From Octopus bimaculoides (lineage: Eukaryota): a DNA stretch of 64,000 nt. Where the stretch lies: contig NC_068983.1 in NCBI RefSeq assembly GCF_001194135.2, positions 164,227,235-164,291,234 of the forward strand, written 5' to 3'. Shown here piece after piece: positions 1-11,820 of this stretch (the stretch's first letter is position 1; each line of letters starts with the position of its first letter). Under the pieces are notes generated by a model. It worked only from the letters and a program-made list of their open reading frames with translations, was not told the origin of the DNA and did no database searches. Both the position numbers and the translations under genes were made by a program.

Positions 1-1058
1 TTTTAGGAAATAAACTGTTATAAATGAAGGTTTTTATTACGAAAAGTGATGGCAAAAGTGTTTTGATGAATTAAAGTATTGTAGGTGACAGTTCTGTGAA
101 ATGAGTTTTATGGAATTGGTTTCCTGAAATTGAATGTTCTACGGGGATGATGTAAACATATTTCCTCTTCTTAAAATTAAAGTAATGATGATGATGATGA
201 TGATGATGACAATAAATATGGTAAAAAGTATGCCTAAATCAAATTTATCCTCTAACAAGTTTGTGTCAAAATTGAGAAAAGAGATTTGTTTGAAATGTAA
301 TTCCCACGGGGAGTAGTCAGGCGTTTAAAGAGTTTGATTTATTTCCTAATAAGTATATATATATAAATAAATAAATAAATAAATATATATTGAGAGAAAG
401 CAAGAGAGAAAGAGAGAGAGAGAGAGACATTAGNNNNNNNNNNNNNNNNNNNNNNNNNNNNNNNNNNNNNNNNNNNNNNNNNNNNNNNNNNNNNNNNNNN
501 NNNNNNNNNNNNNNNNNNNNNNNNNNNNNNNNNNNNNNNNNNNNNNNNNNNNNNNNNNNNNNNNNNNNNNNNNNNNNNNNNNNNNNNNNNNNNNNNNNNN
601 NNNNNNNNNNNNNNNNNNNNNNNNNNNNNNNNNNNNNNNNNNNNNNNNNNNNNNNNNNNNNNNNNNNNNNNNNNNNNNNNNNNNNNNNNNNNNNNNNNNN
701 NNNNNNNNNNNNNNNNNNNNNNNNNNNNNNNNNNNNNNNNNNNNNNNNNNNNNNNNNNNNNNNNNNNNNNNNNNNNNNNNNATATATATATATATATACA
801 TATATAGGATTTGTTATGTTGATGAGGATTTATTATGTTGATAAACTAAGGAAGAATCAGATGATGAACTTTGCTCACTGGAAGATGACTTTTACTCTCC
901 AGCATCTGCCTCCATCGATGGAAAGTCAGTCAAAATATTCCAACTGGAACATATAACTATAAGGTCTTGCATTGTGGTCAGTCTTATATGAAGAAGAGAT
1001 TGTATGTGAAACAGTGGAAGAATTAGAGCTAATAGATGGACATTGAAATTTATAATTA

Positions 1059-1220
1059 GGTGCAAGAGTGGCTGTGTGGTAAGCAGCTTGCTTACCAACC
1101 ACATGGTCATGGGTTCAGTCCCACTGCATGACACCTTGGGCAAGTGTCTTCTACTATAGACTCAGGCTGACCAAAACCTTGTGAGTGGATTTGGTAGACA
1201 GAAACTGGAAGAAGCCCATC

Positions 1221-1282
<62 letters not shown>

Positions 1283-1495
1283 GTGTGTGTGTGTATGTTT
1301 GTGTGTCTGTGTTTTTCCCCCCAACATTGCTTGACAACCAATGCTGGTGTGTCCCCGTAACTTAGCGGTTCAGCAAAAGAAACTGATAGAATAAGTACTA
1401 GGCTTATAAAGAATAAGTCCTGGGGTCAGTTTGCTTGACTAAAGGTAGTGCTCCAGCATGGCCGCAGTCAAATGAGTGAAACAAGTAAAAGAATA
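1059..1495 (+). mobile_element. tRNA-derived CORE-type SINE with internal (TA)n/(TG)n
   Basis: tRNA-like head, CORE-like ccttgggcaagtgtctt, and a 3' block shared by many copies in the window. Confidence 0.85.
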
Positions 1496-1749
1496 AAAAA
1501 AAATAAATTAAAGAAGTAACAGTTAAGAGTACAACCAACAAATGTTTGTTAGGAATGCTTAAGTTTATGACAAAACAATTGGTAATTAAACAAATAGCCA
1601 TTAATGAGCAAAACTGAAAGGAAGAATTGAAAAGGAAATGGTTTTGTTCATTTTTGTAATCTTCTCTGTGAGAGTCACAGATGCCTAAAAGATACCTGAC
1701 GAGCTGAAGCATCACCAGTCCAGAACTTCACTCTCAGAGAATATTGGTT

Positions 1750-1946
1750 TCAAAGTGTGACGCAAGGCCAGTAATTTCAAGGAAGGGCCAAATTAATTAC
1801 ATCGACACCCCAATGTCCCATTGGAATTTATTTTATCCACACTGAAAGGATGAAAGGCAAAGTCAACCCCAGCTGGATTTGAACTCTGAATGCAAAGACA
1901 GACCAAATGCCACCAAGCACTCTACTGATTCTGCCAGCTTGCTGCT
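1750..1946 (-). mobile_element. tRNA-derived SINE, second family (gcctttcatcctttcggggtcgat central domain, Meta-like)
   Basis: Homologous to 42825-43030 and 58470-58700. The Meta label is from memory only. Confidence 0.75.
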
Positions 1947-2029
1947 TTACTCTCAGAGACTATCAGAAGGAATTTCTTCTGTTCAGTGGTTGAATCTCTA
2001 TTGTTTTAAGAATTTTCTTCCTGAACACG

Positions 2030-2310
2030 AACCAAAAGTCTTGAAACTATGCTGGAAGGCACCAACTCATGCGAGCTTTGTGCCATTTTTAATGTCTTGG
2101 GAAAAGCACCTTATCCAGGATAAATTTTACAAGTTATCTAAAATATCAAACAACATTAGAAAAAGTAAAGTTGCGTTTGTTGGAGAAGTTAAGGGAGACA
2201 GGGCAGTGATGCCATACTTTAGGCTCCTTAGTATGATCGAAATCCCATGGGTCACTCTGTGAAGACATACATCAATCAGTTTAAGAGATGATATTGTCAC
2301 ATGACGTAGA
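2030..2310 (+). mobile_element. Degenerate RTEX/RTE-type LINE ORF C-terminal fragment
   Basis: Frameshifted EGTNSCELCAIFNV / SWEKHLIQDKFYKLSKISNNIRKSKVAFVG / KTYINQF resembles the recalled DGxYTRMLRAILNISWKQH...IRERRLRFAGH...TYIDQL motif. Confidence 0.55.
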
Positions 2311-2982
2311 AGAGAATCAGATTGATACTTTGATGATCATGACTAACACACTAATTGCTGCTGTAAAATTAATGAGTATTTTATTGTGCTGCAGTGTTGA
2401 GTTCTCTTGTGCAGATCCATATACACTTGCAGTGAAAAGACGGTTCCTTTTGGGGAATAAATAAAACAGAACTCTGTCGAACTGAAGTGAAGAGAAGAAC
2501 GGAAGTTCTTTTTAGATTTATGACTTAGTCATGTGCAGAAGAGCAGTACTCATGATCTTTGAAGCGTGGCCAAGATGTGTGGGCAGATGGTGGGGAATTC
2601 TGTGATGCATGGATTACTACACCAGTCAGCTGTGTGTAGGGATATCAGGTTATTTTTCTGGCTAGAGAGATGGTTGATTGATTGTTGGAGAGTGGAAGCC
2701 ATTAAAAATACCCAAAGACTGAGTGATACCAGGCAGCAAGTTAGGCCGACCAGTCACTGCTGATCTGACACTAGTATTACTACAATCTAAGGTTTCACGT
2801 AAAATGCAAGACTTCATTATTCTCAAGTAGTTTCTGTCATATTGGATAATTTATTTCAAGAGATATTTAATTGTTAAAGTTGACATTTATAACATTACAC
2901 TCCTTTGGTTTATTGATGTTGTTATTGAAAAATTGTCTCAGGTATTAAGCATTCCAAGCTGAAGTAGATTTGCTGACCTTAC

Positions 2983-3056
2983 CTCAAAATATCTTTCTTT
3001 ATTCCGAGTTGAGATTCAATATTTTCAAGAAGGAATTCAAGATGAAGTGCTTTGCT
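2983..3056 (-). CDS. Coding exon D; CH2 continuation
   Basis: Acceptor ctttgttttgtttttttgtttttcattgaacttag, donor GAG|gtaagg, 74 nt. Only frame 0 is open: SKALHLEFLLENIESQLGIKKDIL. Phase matches exon C. Confidence 0.82.
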
Positions 3057-4653
3057 CTAAGTTCAATGAAAAACAAAAAAACAAAACAAAGTAAAAACAC
3101 AATTTTCACATAAAGTCAGTCGATCTGTCAGTCTGCTGGTCAGTCAGTCAGTCTCATACACAGGTAGTCTTCATAACTGAATTATCTCTTTGCTTCAGTT
3201 AGCTCACTTATGATTCAGCCACTATTGTTGTTGTTGTTGATATCGTCATCATTTTCATACAAAATTTTCCTTTACATTTTGTTTTTTCACAAGATTTATC
3301 ACAATCAGCAATTTTTTTTTTCCTGTTTTCTGCCTCTCTACATTTTCCTGCAATTGTTATTGTTGCAAACAGAAAAATTATTGATATAAGTATAATATGA
3401 CTGATAAGAATAATATTGATTTACTTTAACCAACCACAACACCAAGGATTGTTTTGTAGGAAGTGAGTAGAATAATGTTTTAGTTTGTTATTCACCAGAG
3501 TAAAGCTGGCAACTCCTATTAACAACCATAGTGAGAAAATCCAAGACAATTTCTAGGTATGTAAGTTTGGTTGTTACGGTCAAAAGACATGTCTCTGGAA
3601 TGTCAGATTTTAAAAACTTTTCATGGCAATTAAATTTATTGACACATACAGCATCTCATGGATTTTCTTATTTTCTTATTCAATAGTTATAAGATGATGA
3701 GAGAGGACTCTCTTCTGAATTGGGTTTCAGAATTCCACAAAATAGATTTTCTAGATGTGGTAGATAGTGCTCACAGCTTGGCAAATTAATACCTGTAGAA
3801 TAACGAGCATTACGTTAAGATATGATGGAATTCATTAATAATTCATCTACAGATAAATAACTTGTTCATTTAATACATTTTCTTTTAATTGAATTAATCA
3901 AACATATTTGTGACATTTATTTAATTTAATGTTTGGAATGATAAAATATAAAATAATTTCAGTTAACATGTGAATTCATACCACTTGCATGTTAAACTAG
4001 TTGCGGAATAGCATTTATTTCGAAATGCTATTCTATAAGACATCTCCACTGTTTTACCAATAGTCAAGTATAAACCAGAAATTGTCCAATATTAGTAAAT
4101 TCTCATGTGCAAGGTGAGCACCGAGAATCATAGTGATGACATACATATTCGTACTTAAAACATTCTTGTAGTTTCAATTGTGAAAATGTTAACCGCTGTT
4201 GTATTTCCTCATTGGCAAATAAAGTTAGATTCATTAGTCCAGAGTAGCTTTGACTGAGGTGTCAATAAGGTTGAAACACCAGTGTCTCAAAGTCTCCTTT
4301 CCTTAATGAATTCTGTGTGTGTTATGAACAATCATTTGCTTGAAAGAAGAAGTTATTTTGTAATGACAAAAGTACAACAGTGATTAGCATCTTCATAATT
4401 AAATCTGCAGGAATGTATAAATGGTTCAATATTAGTCCAATCACTGCTGACCAGGGACTAAAAAAACTACAATTACAAAGATCTCGATCATAAGTCTTCT
4501 CAGTCATAATTCATCTGCAGTTAAACAATTACAGCAACAACAACAACTTTGATCATAAGTCAACTCAGTTCTATATTTAAGAGATGAGGAATTATGTACA
4601 TTATTTACATTATTTACATTTGATGGATATTTGTCCTCATCTTGTTTGTTGAT

Positions 4654-4699
4654 AACACAACGTTTCAGCTGATGTACCCTCCAGCTTTCATCAGGTGTC
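4654..4699 (-). ncRNA. Minimal type-I hammerhead ribozyme motif (family 1)
   Basis: Minus strand: GACAC CTGATGA A AGCTG gagggtacat CAGCT GAAA CGT T GTGTT. Stem I GACAC/GTGTT, 5-bp stem II, palindromic ACGT stem III. Confidence 0.8.
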
Positions 4700-4752
4700 T
4701 TGAGGAAATTTCAAACCTGGGTTCTCATTCCTAAGGTATTTTTTCGATGTTG

Positions 4753-4809
<57 letters not shown>

Positions 4810-4878
4810 TCACTGCTTGGAATTGAACTCAGAATCTTGGGGTCAGTAGCCCACGTTCTTAACTATTACACAGGCATA

Positions 4879-4932
4879 TGGCATAGTGGTTAAGAGTGCG
4901 GGCTACTAACCCCAAGATTCCGAGTTCGATTC
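4879..4932 (+). promoter_or_regulatory. tRNA-like Pol III internal promoter (A and B boxes) at the palindrome centre
   Basis: A box TGGCATAGTGG (4879-4889) and B box GAGTTCGATTC (4922-4932), with GGG-CTACTAA-CCC anticodon-arm-like stem-loop between them. A mirrored head lies on the minus strand just to the left. Confidence 0.7.
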
Positions 4933-4942
4933 CAAGCAGTGA

Positions 4943-5004
<62 letters not shown>

Positions 5005-5051
5005 TCGAAAAATACCTTAGGAATGAGAACCAAGGTTCGAAATTTCTCCAA

Positions 5052-5097
5052 GACACCTGATGAAGGCTGGAGGGTATATCAGCTGAAACATTGTGCT
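5052..5097 (+). ncRNA. Minimal type-I hammerhead motif, CpG-decayed (family 1)
   Basis: GACAC CTGATGA A GGCTG gagggtatat CAGCT GAAA CAT T GTGCT. Core intact; stems II, III and I carry transitions. Confidence 0.7.
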
Positions 5098-5323
5098 AAC
5101 AACAAACAAGATGAGGACAAATATCCATCAAATGTAAATAATGTATAAGTCAACTCAATTATGTATGACCCATAGCTCAAAAACAACACCACCGCCAACA
5201 ACAACAGTTCATTTCAGTTTATGACTTTTTAAATCATGAAATTCAACACTTCAGAAGATGAATCCGTATGTATTCCTGTTCTAATTCTAATGCATTCTTA
5301 TATTCGTTCTGTTCTCTTTTTAG

Positions 5324-6004
5324 CATTATTTATTTGAATAATATTCTGTCTTCAAATTCATTCCTTTTACTTACTCCCCTCCCCTGCCACACACATACAC
5401 CCACACCCATTGATAATATTAAAGCTTTAATTTCATAAGCAATGCTTTTTGTATAAAATGTTATAAAATGAAATTTTAGTTAATTTATTATAAACTACGA
5501 AACTGTGAGTTTCCAATCGCCATCTTTGGTGGCTGTTGTCAAATATTGAAATGAAAATGAAAATCATGATGAGAGACAACAACAAAATTTATTTCTAATG
5601 ATGATGTTTCATATAGATAACAAGACACTGGCTGCATCTTGTATGAACAGGCATTTCTATGAAGGTATAGACTTCAAAACAAAACGAAGCGTTAAAACTG
5701 CAAAGAAAATCATTCAGAAGTAGTGAGCTATGTATTTTGGTTATAACAATCAGGGAATGAACAGATGTTGCTTTGTAGATAACTGCTGGTTTGTGTAATG
5801 TGATGTTGATTGGAGCCAAATGGAGACAATTTAGGTGTGTAGCAATTAAGCTGCAAGCAATTGCTGGGTTAATAAGATTTTGCTAGAAGCATTGCTTATG
5901 AAATTAAAGCTTTAATATTATCAATGGGTGTGGGCGTCTGTGTGTGGTAGGGGAGGAGAGTGAGTAAAAGGAATGAATTTGAAGACAGGAATTGAATAGA
6001 AATG
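5324..6004. mobile_element. MITE or non-autonomous DNA transposon with ~130-bp imperfect TIRs
   Basis: ~5335-5450 is the reverse complement of ~5885-5995 (e.g. cattgataatattaaagctttaatttcataagcaatgc). Confidence 0.7.
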
Positions 6005-6229
6005 TCTTAATCAGGCATGAAAATATGAAGACTTTGGTTAAATTAAAAGAGGCATTTTGCATACCTTCCCTTTCTGTTAACAAAGAAAAGAAGAATTTTA
6101 ATTATAATATAACCGTTTAGCTAACTAATCATTTTGAAGAATTCCAGTACTTACCAAAATGTTGATCACATAAACACACCAGAATTTACACTTGATCATA
6201 TCATCATCACCACCACCACCACCACCACC

Positions 6230-6245
<16 letters not shown>

Positions 6246-6279
<34 letters not shown>

Positions 6280-6690
6280 AATCGTTTAACGTCCGCTTTC
6301 CATGCTGGCATGGGCTGGACGGTTTGACTGAGGATTGGTAAGCCAGAAGGCTGCACCAGGCTCCAATCTGATCTGACAAGGTTTCTACAGCTGGATGCCC
6401 TTCCAAATGCCAACCACTCCGAGAGTGTAGTGGGTGCTTTTTATATACCACCAGCATGAGGGCCAGTCATGCGGTTCTGGCAAAGACCACGCTTATGCTC
6501 AAAAGGTGTTTTTTACATGCCACCTGCACGAGAGCCAGTCTGGCAGCACTGGCAACGACCATGCTCAAACGGTTGTCTTTCATGTGCCACCGGCATATGT
6601 GACGGTAAGGCGATGCTAGCAATGATCATGCTCGAATGTTGCTTTTCACGTGTCACCGGCATGGGAGCCAATCCGTGGCCCTGGCAATGA
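6246..6690 (-). mobile_element. RTE-tail element (SINE-like or LINE 3' UTR) with (ATG)n tail
   Basis: Shares the 3' end gcatggaaagcggacgttaaacgatgatgat with the RTE remnants at 9815-10864 and 54120-54830. Confidence 0.85.
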
Positions 6691-6849
6691 TCACAAGGAA
6701 TTCACAGATTTGAAGAAGAGCATTGCTCAAAACATTAAACCACCTTGTTTTCCTTCCCTAAGCGTCTGCTAATACTTTACATGTACCACTTCCTCCTGCT
6801 GCTGTTTTTTGTGTTTGTCCTTCTTCTTTTTGGGGATTTACTATACATA

Positions 6850-7055
6850 TAAAAGGATCACCAAGATAGATCGCTAGCCACTAAATCTTTTTCTATTTTC
6901 TCTCCCTGTTCATTTCTGTGTTCCTTTCTGTCAAAGAGCGTAGGCTCGAAACATAAAAGACTTTCTCACTTCCCAAGTGTTAAACTAATACATGTGTTTG
7001 TTGTTTACACATGTGTCTTTGTCTTTTGTTTTTTGTAAGTTCTCAAATTCTCACT
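6850..7055 (+). mobile_element. Short repeat with a degenerate hammerhead motif (family 2)
   Basis: Homologous to 18245-18425 (opposite strand). At 6924-6959: CTTT CTGTCAA A GAGC gtag GCTC GAAA CAT A AAAG. Confidence 0.65.
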
Positions 7056-7074
7056 ATATATATATGTATGTATA

Positions 7075-7107
<33 letters not shown>

Positions 7108-7524
7108 GTNNNNNNNNNNNNNNNNNNNNNNNNNNNNNNNNNNNNNNNNNNNNNNNNNNNNNNNNNNNNNNNNNNNNNNNNNNNNNNNNNNNNNNNNNNN
7201 NNNNNNNNNNNNNNNNNNNNNNNNNNNNNNNNNNNNNNNNNNNNNNNNNNNNNNNNNNNNNNNNNNNNNNNNNNNNNNNNNNNNNNNNNNNNNNNNNNNN
7301 NNNNNNNNNNNNNNNNNNNNNNNNNNNNNNNNNNNNNNNNNNNNNNNNNNNNNNNNNNNNNNNNNNNNNNNNNNNNNNNNNNNNNNNNNNNNNNNNNNNN
7401 NNNNNNNNNNNNNNNNNNNNNNNNNNNNNNNNNNNNNNNNNNNNNNNNNNNNNNNNNNNNNNNNNNNNNNNNNNNNNNNNNNNNNNNNNNNNNNNNNNNN
7501 NNNNNNNNNNNNNNNNNNNNNNNT

Positions 7525-7822
7525 AGCCCTTTCATGGCGTCTGATGTGGCTTTTTAAACCAGACAATGTTTTGAAAAAACACCCACACAGATTGCACCTC
7601 TGATTTGCACTACCAATACCTGCAGGTAATTTCTGCTCATTGTAGATCCTAACATGTCTTTTAAGACCCTCATTGGATTTGCAAACCCTCTGGCACACAC
7701 CACATTCAAACGTGTGCACAGACATATAATCAGAATAGCTGGTTGAAGTTTGTTTTCCATGGGTTCGCAGGTGAGATTTGAGGCCAGCCAAAGACAGACA
7801 TGGTCTGTCACAGACTGTGCAC

Positions 7823-7864
<42 letters not shown>

Positions 7865-8040
7865 CTGTGCATATCTTTTGATGCAATGTATGCCAGAAAG
7901 ACTGCGAATCTAATGGAGGCCTCAAAAAGAAATTTTAGATCCACAAAGATCAGAACTTATCTACAACTCTTGGTGGTCCAGATCGGATATGCAATCTGTG
8001 TGGATGTCTGGAAGTGATCAAACTCAGCATGAAGAACAGA
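7525..8040 (-). mobile_element. Three C2H2 zinc fingers, probably the C-terminus of a decayed RTE-type LINE ORF
   Basis: CTVCDRPCLSLAGLKSHLRTH, CGVCQRVCKSNEGLKRHVRIY and CNLCGCFFKTLSGLKSHIRRH. No TGEKP linkers; upstream part interrupted by (CA)n; truncated by a gap. Confidence 0.55.
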
Positions 8041-8399
8041 CGGCCACCATATATGTATATATAGCAACAAGGTTGTCAATACTAGAGGGGGGAGGGGGAG
8101 GGGAGGAGGAGGAGAGGAGGCGGAGGAGGAGGAGACTATCCCCATCAAATCAACCAGTTTTCAAAATGATGAGAGCTTCATTAGTTATTTTCATCTATTC
8201 CACATTCAAATTTTCAAATTACTAAAAAAACACGTTTTTTTTTTCATAGTTACGCATTTTTATTCAAATATTTCCCTGTTCTTCTTTTCTCGTGTCTTCC
8301 CCCATACACCCACACACCTGTTATTTGCGTTTACAATCCATCTGTATAAACCCACAAATTCTGCATTTTTTATGGTATTTTGAAAAAAGCATCGGTGAG

Positions 8400-8644
8400 T
8401 GAAACCTACATACGTCTCTCAGCAAATACGTTATATATACATACATGCACACATACATAATACATACATACATGCATACATACACACACATACATACATG
8501 TACACATACATACATACATACACACATACATACAAACATCCATCCATACATACATGTATGCATGCATACATACACATACATACAGATATATGTTGCTATT
8601 TGTCTATCTGTATGTCTATCTATCTATCTATCCCTTTCTATATA

Positions 8645-8717
<73 letters not shown>

Positions 8718-8902
8718 GTATGTATGTATGTATATAGAAATATAGATATAAATATTGTAAGTATATATACCTTATGAATACACACACACGCATATATATA
8801 AGTATGTATATATATATATATACATATAAATACATATACATATAATATATACACACACATATATGTATGTATATACATATATGTATATATACACACACGT
8901 AT

Positions 8903-8933
<31 letters not shown>

Positions 8934-9235
8934 CATAAACATTTATACAGTTATATCTCTGATATTCATTCATTATCTCTTTAGAAATTCCTCAAGAAAC
9001 GATGACAAAGTAAATATTTTTTTTTCTCTCTGTATCATAGTCATCATCATTATCATTACCACCACCACCACCGCCACCACCACCACCATCATCATTCCAC
9101 TTGTTATTACTATTATTATTATTATTATTGTTACTAATGTTATTATTGGTGTTGTTATTATTATCATTATTATTAATTTTATTGTTGATGTTATTATTGT
9201 TGTTATTATTATTATTATAATTATTATTGTCTTTA
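8400..9235. repeat. Compound microsatellite tract (CATA/TA/TG/ATT)
   Basis: Direct inspection. Confidence 0.95.
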
Positions 9236-9612
9236 GTTTTTGGCTTCTTATTTTGTCCTTCATTTTTTTTTGTTTTGCTTTTATTTTTTTTTTTCTTCAT
9301 TGAAGAAAACAAAATATATCAGCTATCAGGATATGCATATAAAAAAAAAAATTTTTAAAAGCCCATCTGACTAAACATATTTTGAAGATTATAAAATACT
9401 CTAAGACTGGAATATAGCAACTTCACGTTTATCTCTGAATGTGTTGCTAATCATTCTTATTCACACTGTTTACAATTTTCAACATTTTCATTATTCAACT
9501 CACTTTATGCCAACTCAGTATAAAACATTGCTATGTTACCAAAAAAAAAAAAAAGAAAGAAAAACACCCTAAGAATGATTTTTTTTGCATTTTGTTTAGC
9601 TTTTAATATTTC

Positions 9613-9785
9613 AGGTGTGGTTGTGTGGTAAGAAGTTTGATTCCCAAACCCCTGGTCCTGGGTTCAGTTCAACTGTTTGTCACCTGGGTCCCCTGGGGCA
9701 AGTGTCTTCTACTTATAACCTTAGGCTGACCAAACCCTTGTGAGTGGATTTGGAAGATGGAAACTGAGAGAAGTCAATCGTATAT
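9613..9785 (+). mobile_element. 5' part of CORE-type SINE
   Basis: Same head as 1059-1220. Confidence 0.75.
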
Positions 9786-9814
9786 ATATATTTATTTATA
9801 TATATATAAGTTAG

Positions 9815-10864
9815 TTTTTGTTTGTGGCAGATGTTCAGGTGCAATAAAGACTGCAAACAAACAGGAAACAACTTCTATCTCATTCCAGGGTGAACAACTA
9901 GAGGTAGTCGATAGCTTCCGCTATCTGGGCGACCAAGTTAGTAGTGGGGGTGGGTGCGCTGAAAGTGTAGCTGCTAGAATAAGAATAGCCTTGGCAAAGT
10001 TTAGAGAGCTCTTACCCCTGCTGGCGACAAAGGGACTCTCACTCAGAGTAAAAGGCAGACTGTATGACGCATGCGTACGAACAACCATGCTACATGGCAG
10101 TGAAACATGGGCTGTAANNNNNNNNNNNNNNNNNNNNNNNNNNNNNNNNNNNNNNNNNNNNNNNNNNNNNNNNNNNNNNNNNNNNNNNNNNNNNNNNNNN
10201 NNNNNNNNNNNNNNNNNNNNNNNNNNNNNNNNNNNNNNNNNNNNNNNNNNNNNNNNNNNNNNNNNNNNNNNNNNNNNNNNNNNNNNNNNNNNNNNNNNNN
10301 NNNNNNNNNNNNNNNNNNNNNNNNNNNNNNNNNNNNNNNNNNNNNNNNNNNNNNNNNNNNNNNNNNNNNNNNNNNNNNNNNNNNNNNNNNNNNNNNNNNN
10401 NNNNNNNNNNNNNNNNNNNNNNNNNNNNNNNNNNNNNNNNNNNNNNNNNNNNNNNNNNNNNNNNNNNNNNNNNNNNNNNNNNNNNNNNNNNNNNNNNNNN
10501 NNNNNNNNNNNNNNNNNNNNNNNNNNNNNNNNNNNNNNNNNNNNNNNNNNNNNNNNNNNNNNNNNNNNNNNNNNNNNNNNNNNNNNNNNNNNNNNNNNNN
10601 NNNNNNNNNNNNNNNNNNNNNNNNNNNNNNNNNNNNNNNNNNNNNNNNNNNNNNNNNNNNNNNNNNNNNNNNNNNNNNNNNNNNNNNNNNNNNNNNNNNN
10701 NNNNNNNNNNNNNNNNNNNNNNNNNNNNNNNNNNNNNNNNNNNNNNNNNNNNNNNNNNNNNNNNNNNNNNNNNNNNNNNNNNNNNNNNNNNNNNNNNNNN
10801 NNNNNNNNNNNNNNNNNNNNNNNNNATGGAAAGCGGACGTTAAACGATGATGATGATGATGATG
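9815..10864 (+). mobile_element. RTE-clade LINE 3' fragment (RT C-terminus, gap, ATG tail)
   Basis: LEVVDSFRYLGDQVSSGGGCAESVAARIRIALAKFRELLPLL...LYDACVRTTMLHGSETW; ends gcggacgttaaacgatgatgat. Confidence 0.9.
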
Positions 10865-10896
<32 letters not shown>

Positions 10897-10968
10897 ATAT
10901 AAATCATAGAGTGTGTACTTTTGAGTCTGTATGTCTCCTGTCACTACTTGTCAACTGTTGTTGGTGTA

Positions 10969-11227
10969 GAGTAAAGATTATTTGCCAACATAACATGGCA
11001 GTCCTGGTTTAGGACGAATGTTGCTGTAATTTAGCCCCAGAAGACATCATCTTCAGCTGGCTATACAACATGATCTGAGTGGGGGTGCTAGATTCCCTTG
11101 TTCAAAAATGTAAGGACACAGATCATGCCGAATAGCCAGCTGGAGACGATGTCTCCTGGGGATAAATTACAGCAACATTCGTCCTAAACCAGGACTGCCA
11201 TGTTATGTTGACAAATAATCTTTACTC
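10969..11227. mobile_element. Fold-back MITE, ~120-bp near-perfect arms
   Basis: gagtaaagattatttgccaacataacatggcagtcctgg... mirrored by ...ccaggactgccatgttatgttgacaaataatctttactc. A second, single-arm copy lies at ~52172-52295. Confidence 0.85.
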
Positions 11228-11479
11228 CAAAGTACTGTTGCTGATATCTCACGGTGTGAGATTTAAAAATAGTAATTTTCTAATGTTTACAAGATGCTTT
11301 TCAATTGGAAATGTATCCTTGAATGCTTACAACACACTAGGGGAGTGCTAAATAAACCCCGGGAACTAGGTTTTGGGACGTTTACTCATCAATTAGGTCA
11401 AGGCAAGATTTAAACTCAGCTCATGAAGAACTGGAATGAATACTATAAGGTATTCAGTCTATGATGTCTTTCATCTTTT

Positions 11480-11820
11480 GGGGTGGGGTTGATTAAAATA
11501 AATACCAGTTATGCACTGGGGTCAATGTAATTGACTTAATCCCTTCCCAAAATTGCTGGACTTGGGATAAAAATTTGAAACCCTTATTAATTCTTAGTTT
11601 AAGGTGCCAAGCTGGCAGAATCATTAGTGTGAAGGATGAAATGCGTAGTGGTATTGCCTCTGCCACTATGTTCTGAGTTCAAATTCTACCAAGATGAACT
11701 TTTTCGTTTCATCCTTTCGGGGTCGATGAAATAAGTACCAGTTATGTGCTGGGGTCGATGTAATTGACTCATCCCCTTACCCCCAGGATTTTCAAGGCCT
11801 TGTGCTTAGAGTATAAATGG
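11480..11820 (+). mobile_element. Two tandem Meta-like SINE pieces
   Basis: ataagtaccagtt...ggggtcgatgtaattgact occurs twice; head caagctggcagaatcattag at ~11608. Confidence 0.7.

Larger units (their letters stand above)
4568..5144. mobile_element. Palindromic tRNA-headed, hammerhead-bearing retroelement (Penelope-like non-autonomous element or SINE)
   Basis: Two inverted arms, each tRNA-like head + (AAT)n + ~150-bp body with a hammerhead core. 13-bp direct repeat ATAAGTCAACTCA at 4555-4567 and 5145-5157. Extra ~30-nt tail on the left arm only. Confidence 0.85.

Noticed and set aside
3960-4035. Two short hairpins, one followed by CTAG (Helitron-end-like)
   Set aside because: The stems are AT-rich, no 5' TC end was found, and there is no second copy in the window.
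4879-4945. tRNA gene at the palindrome centre
   Set aside because: No complete acceptor stem, and it is multi-copy within a repeat, so it is treated as a SINE head.
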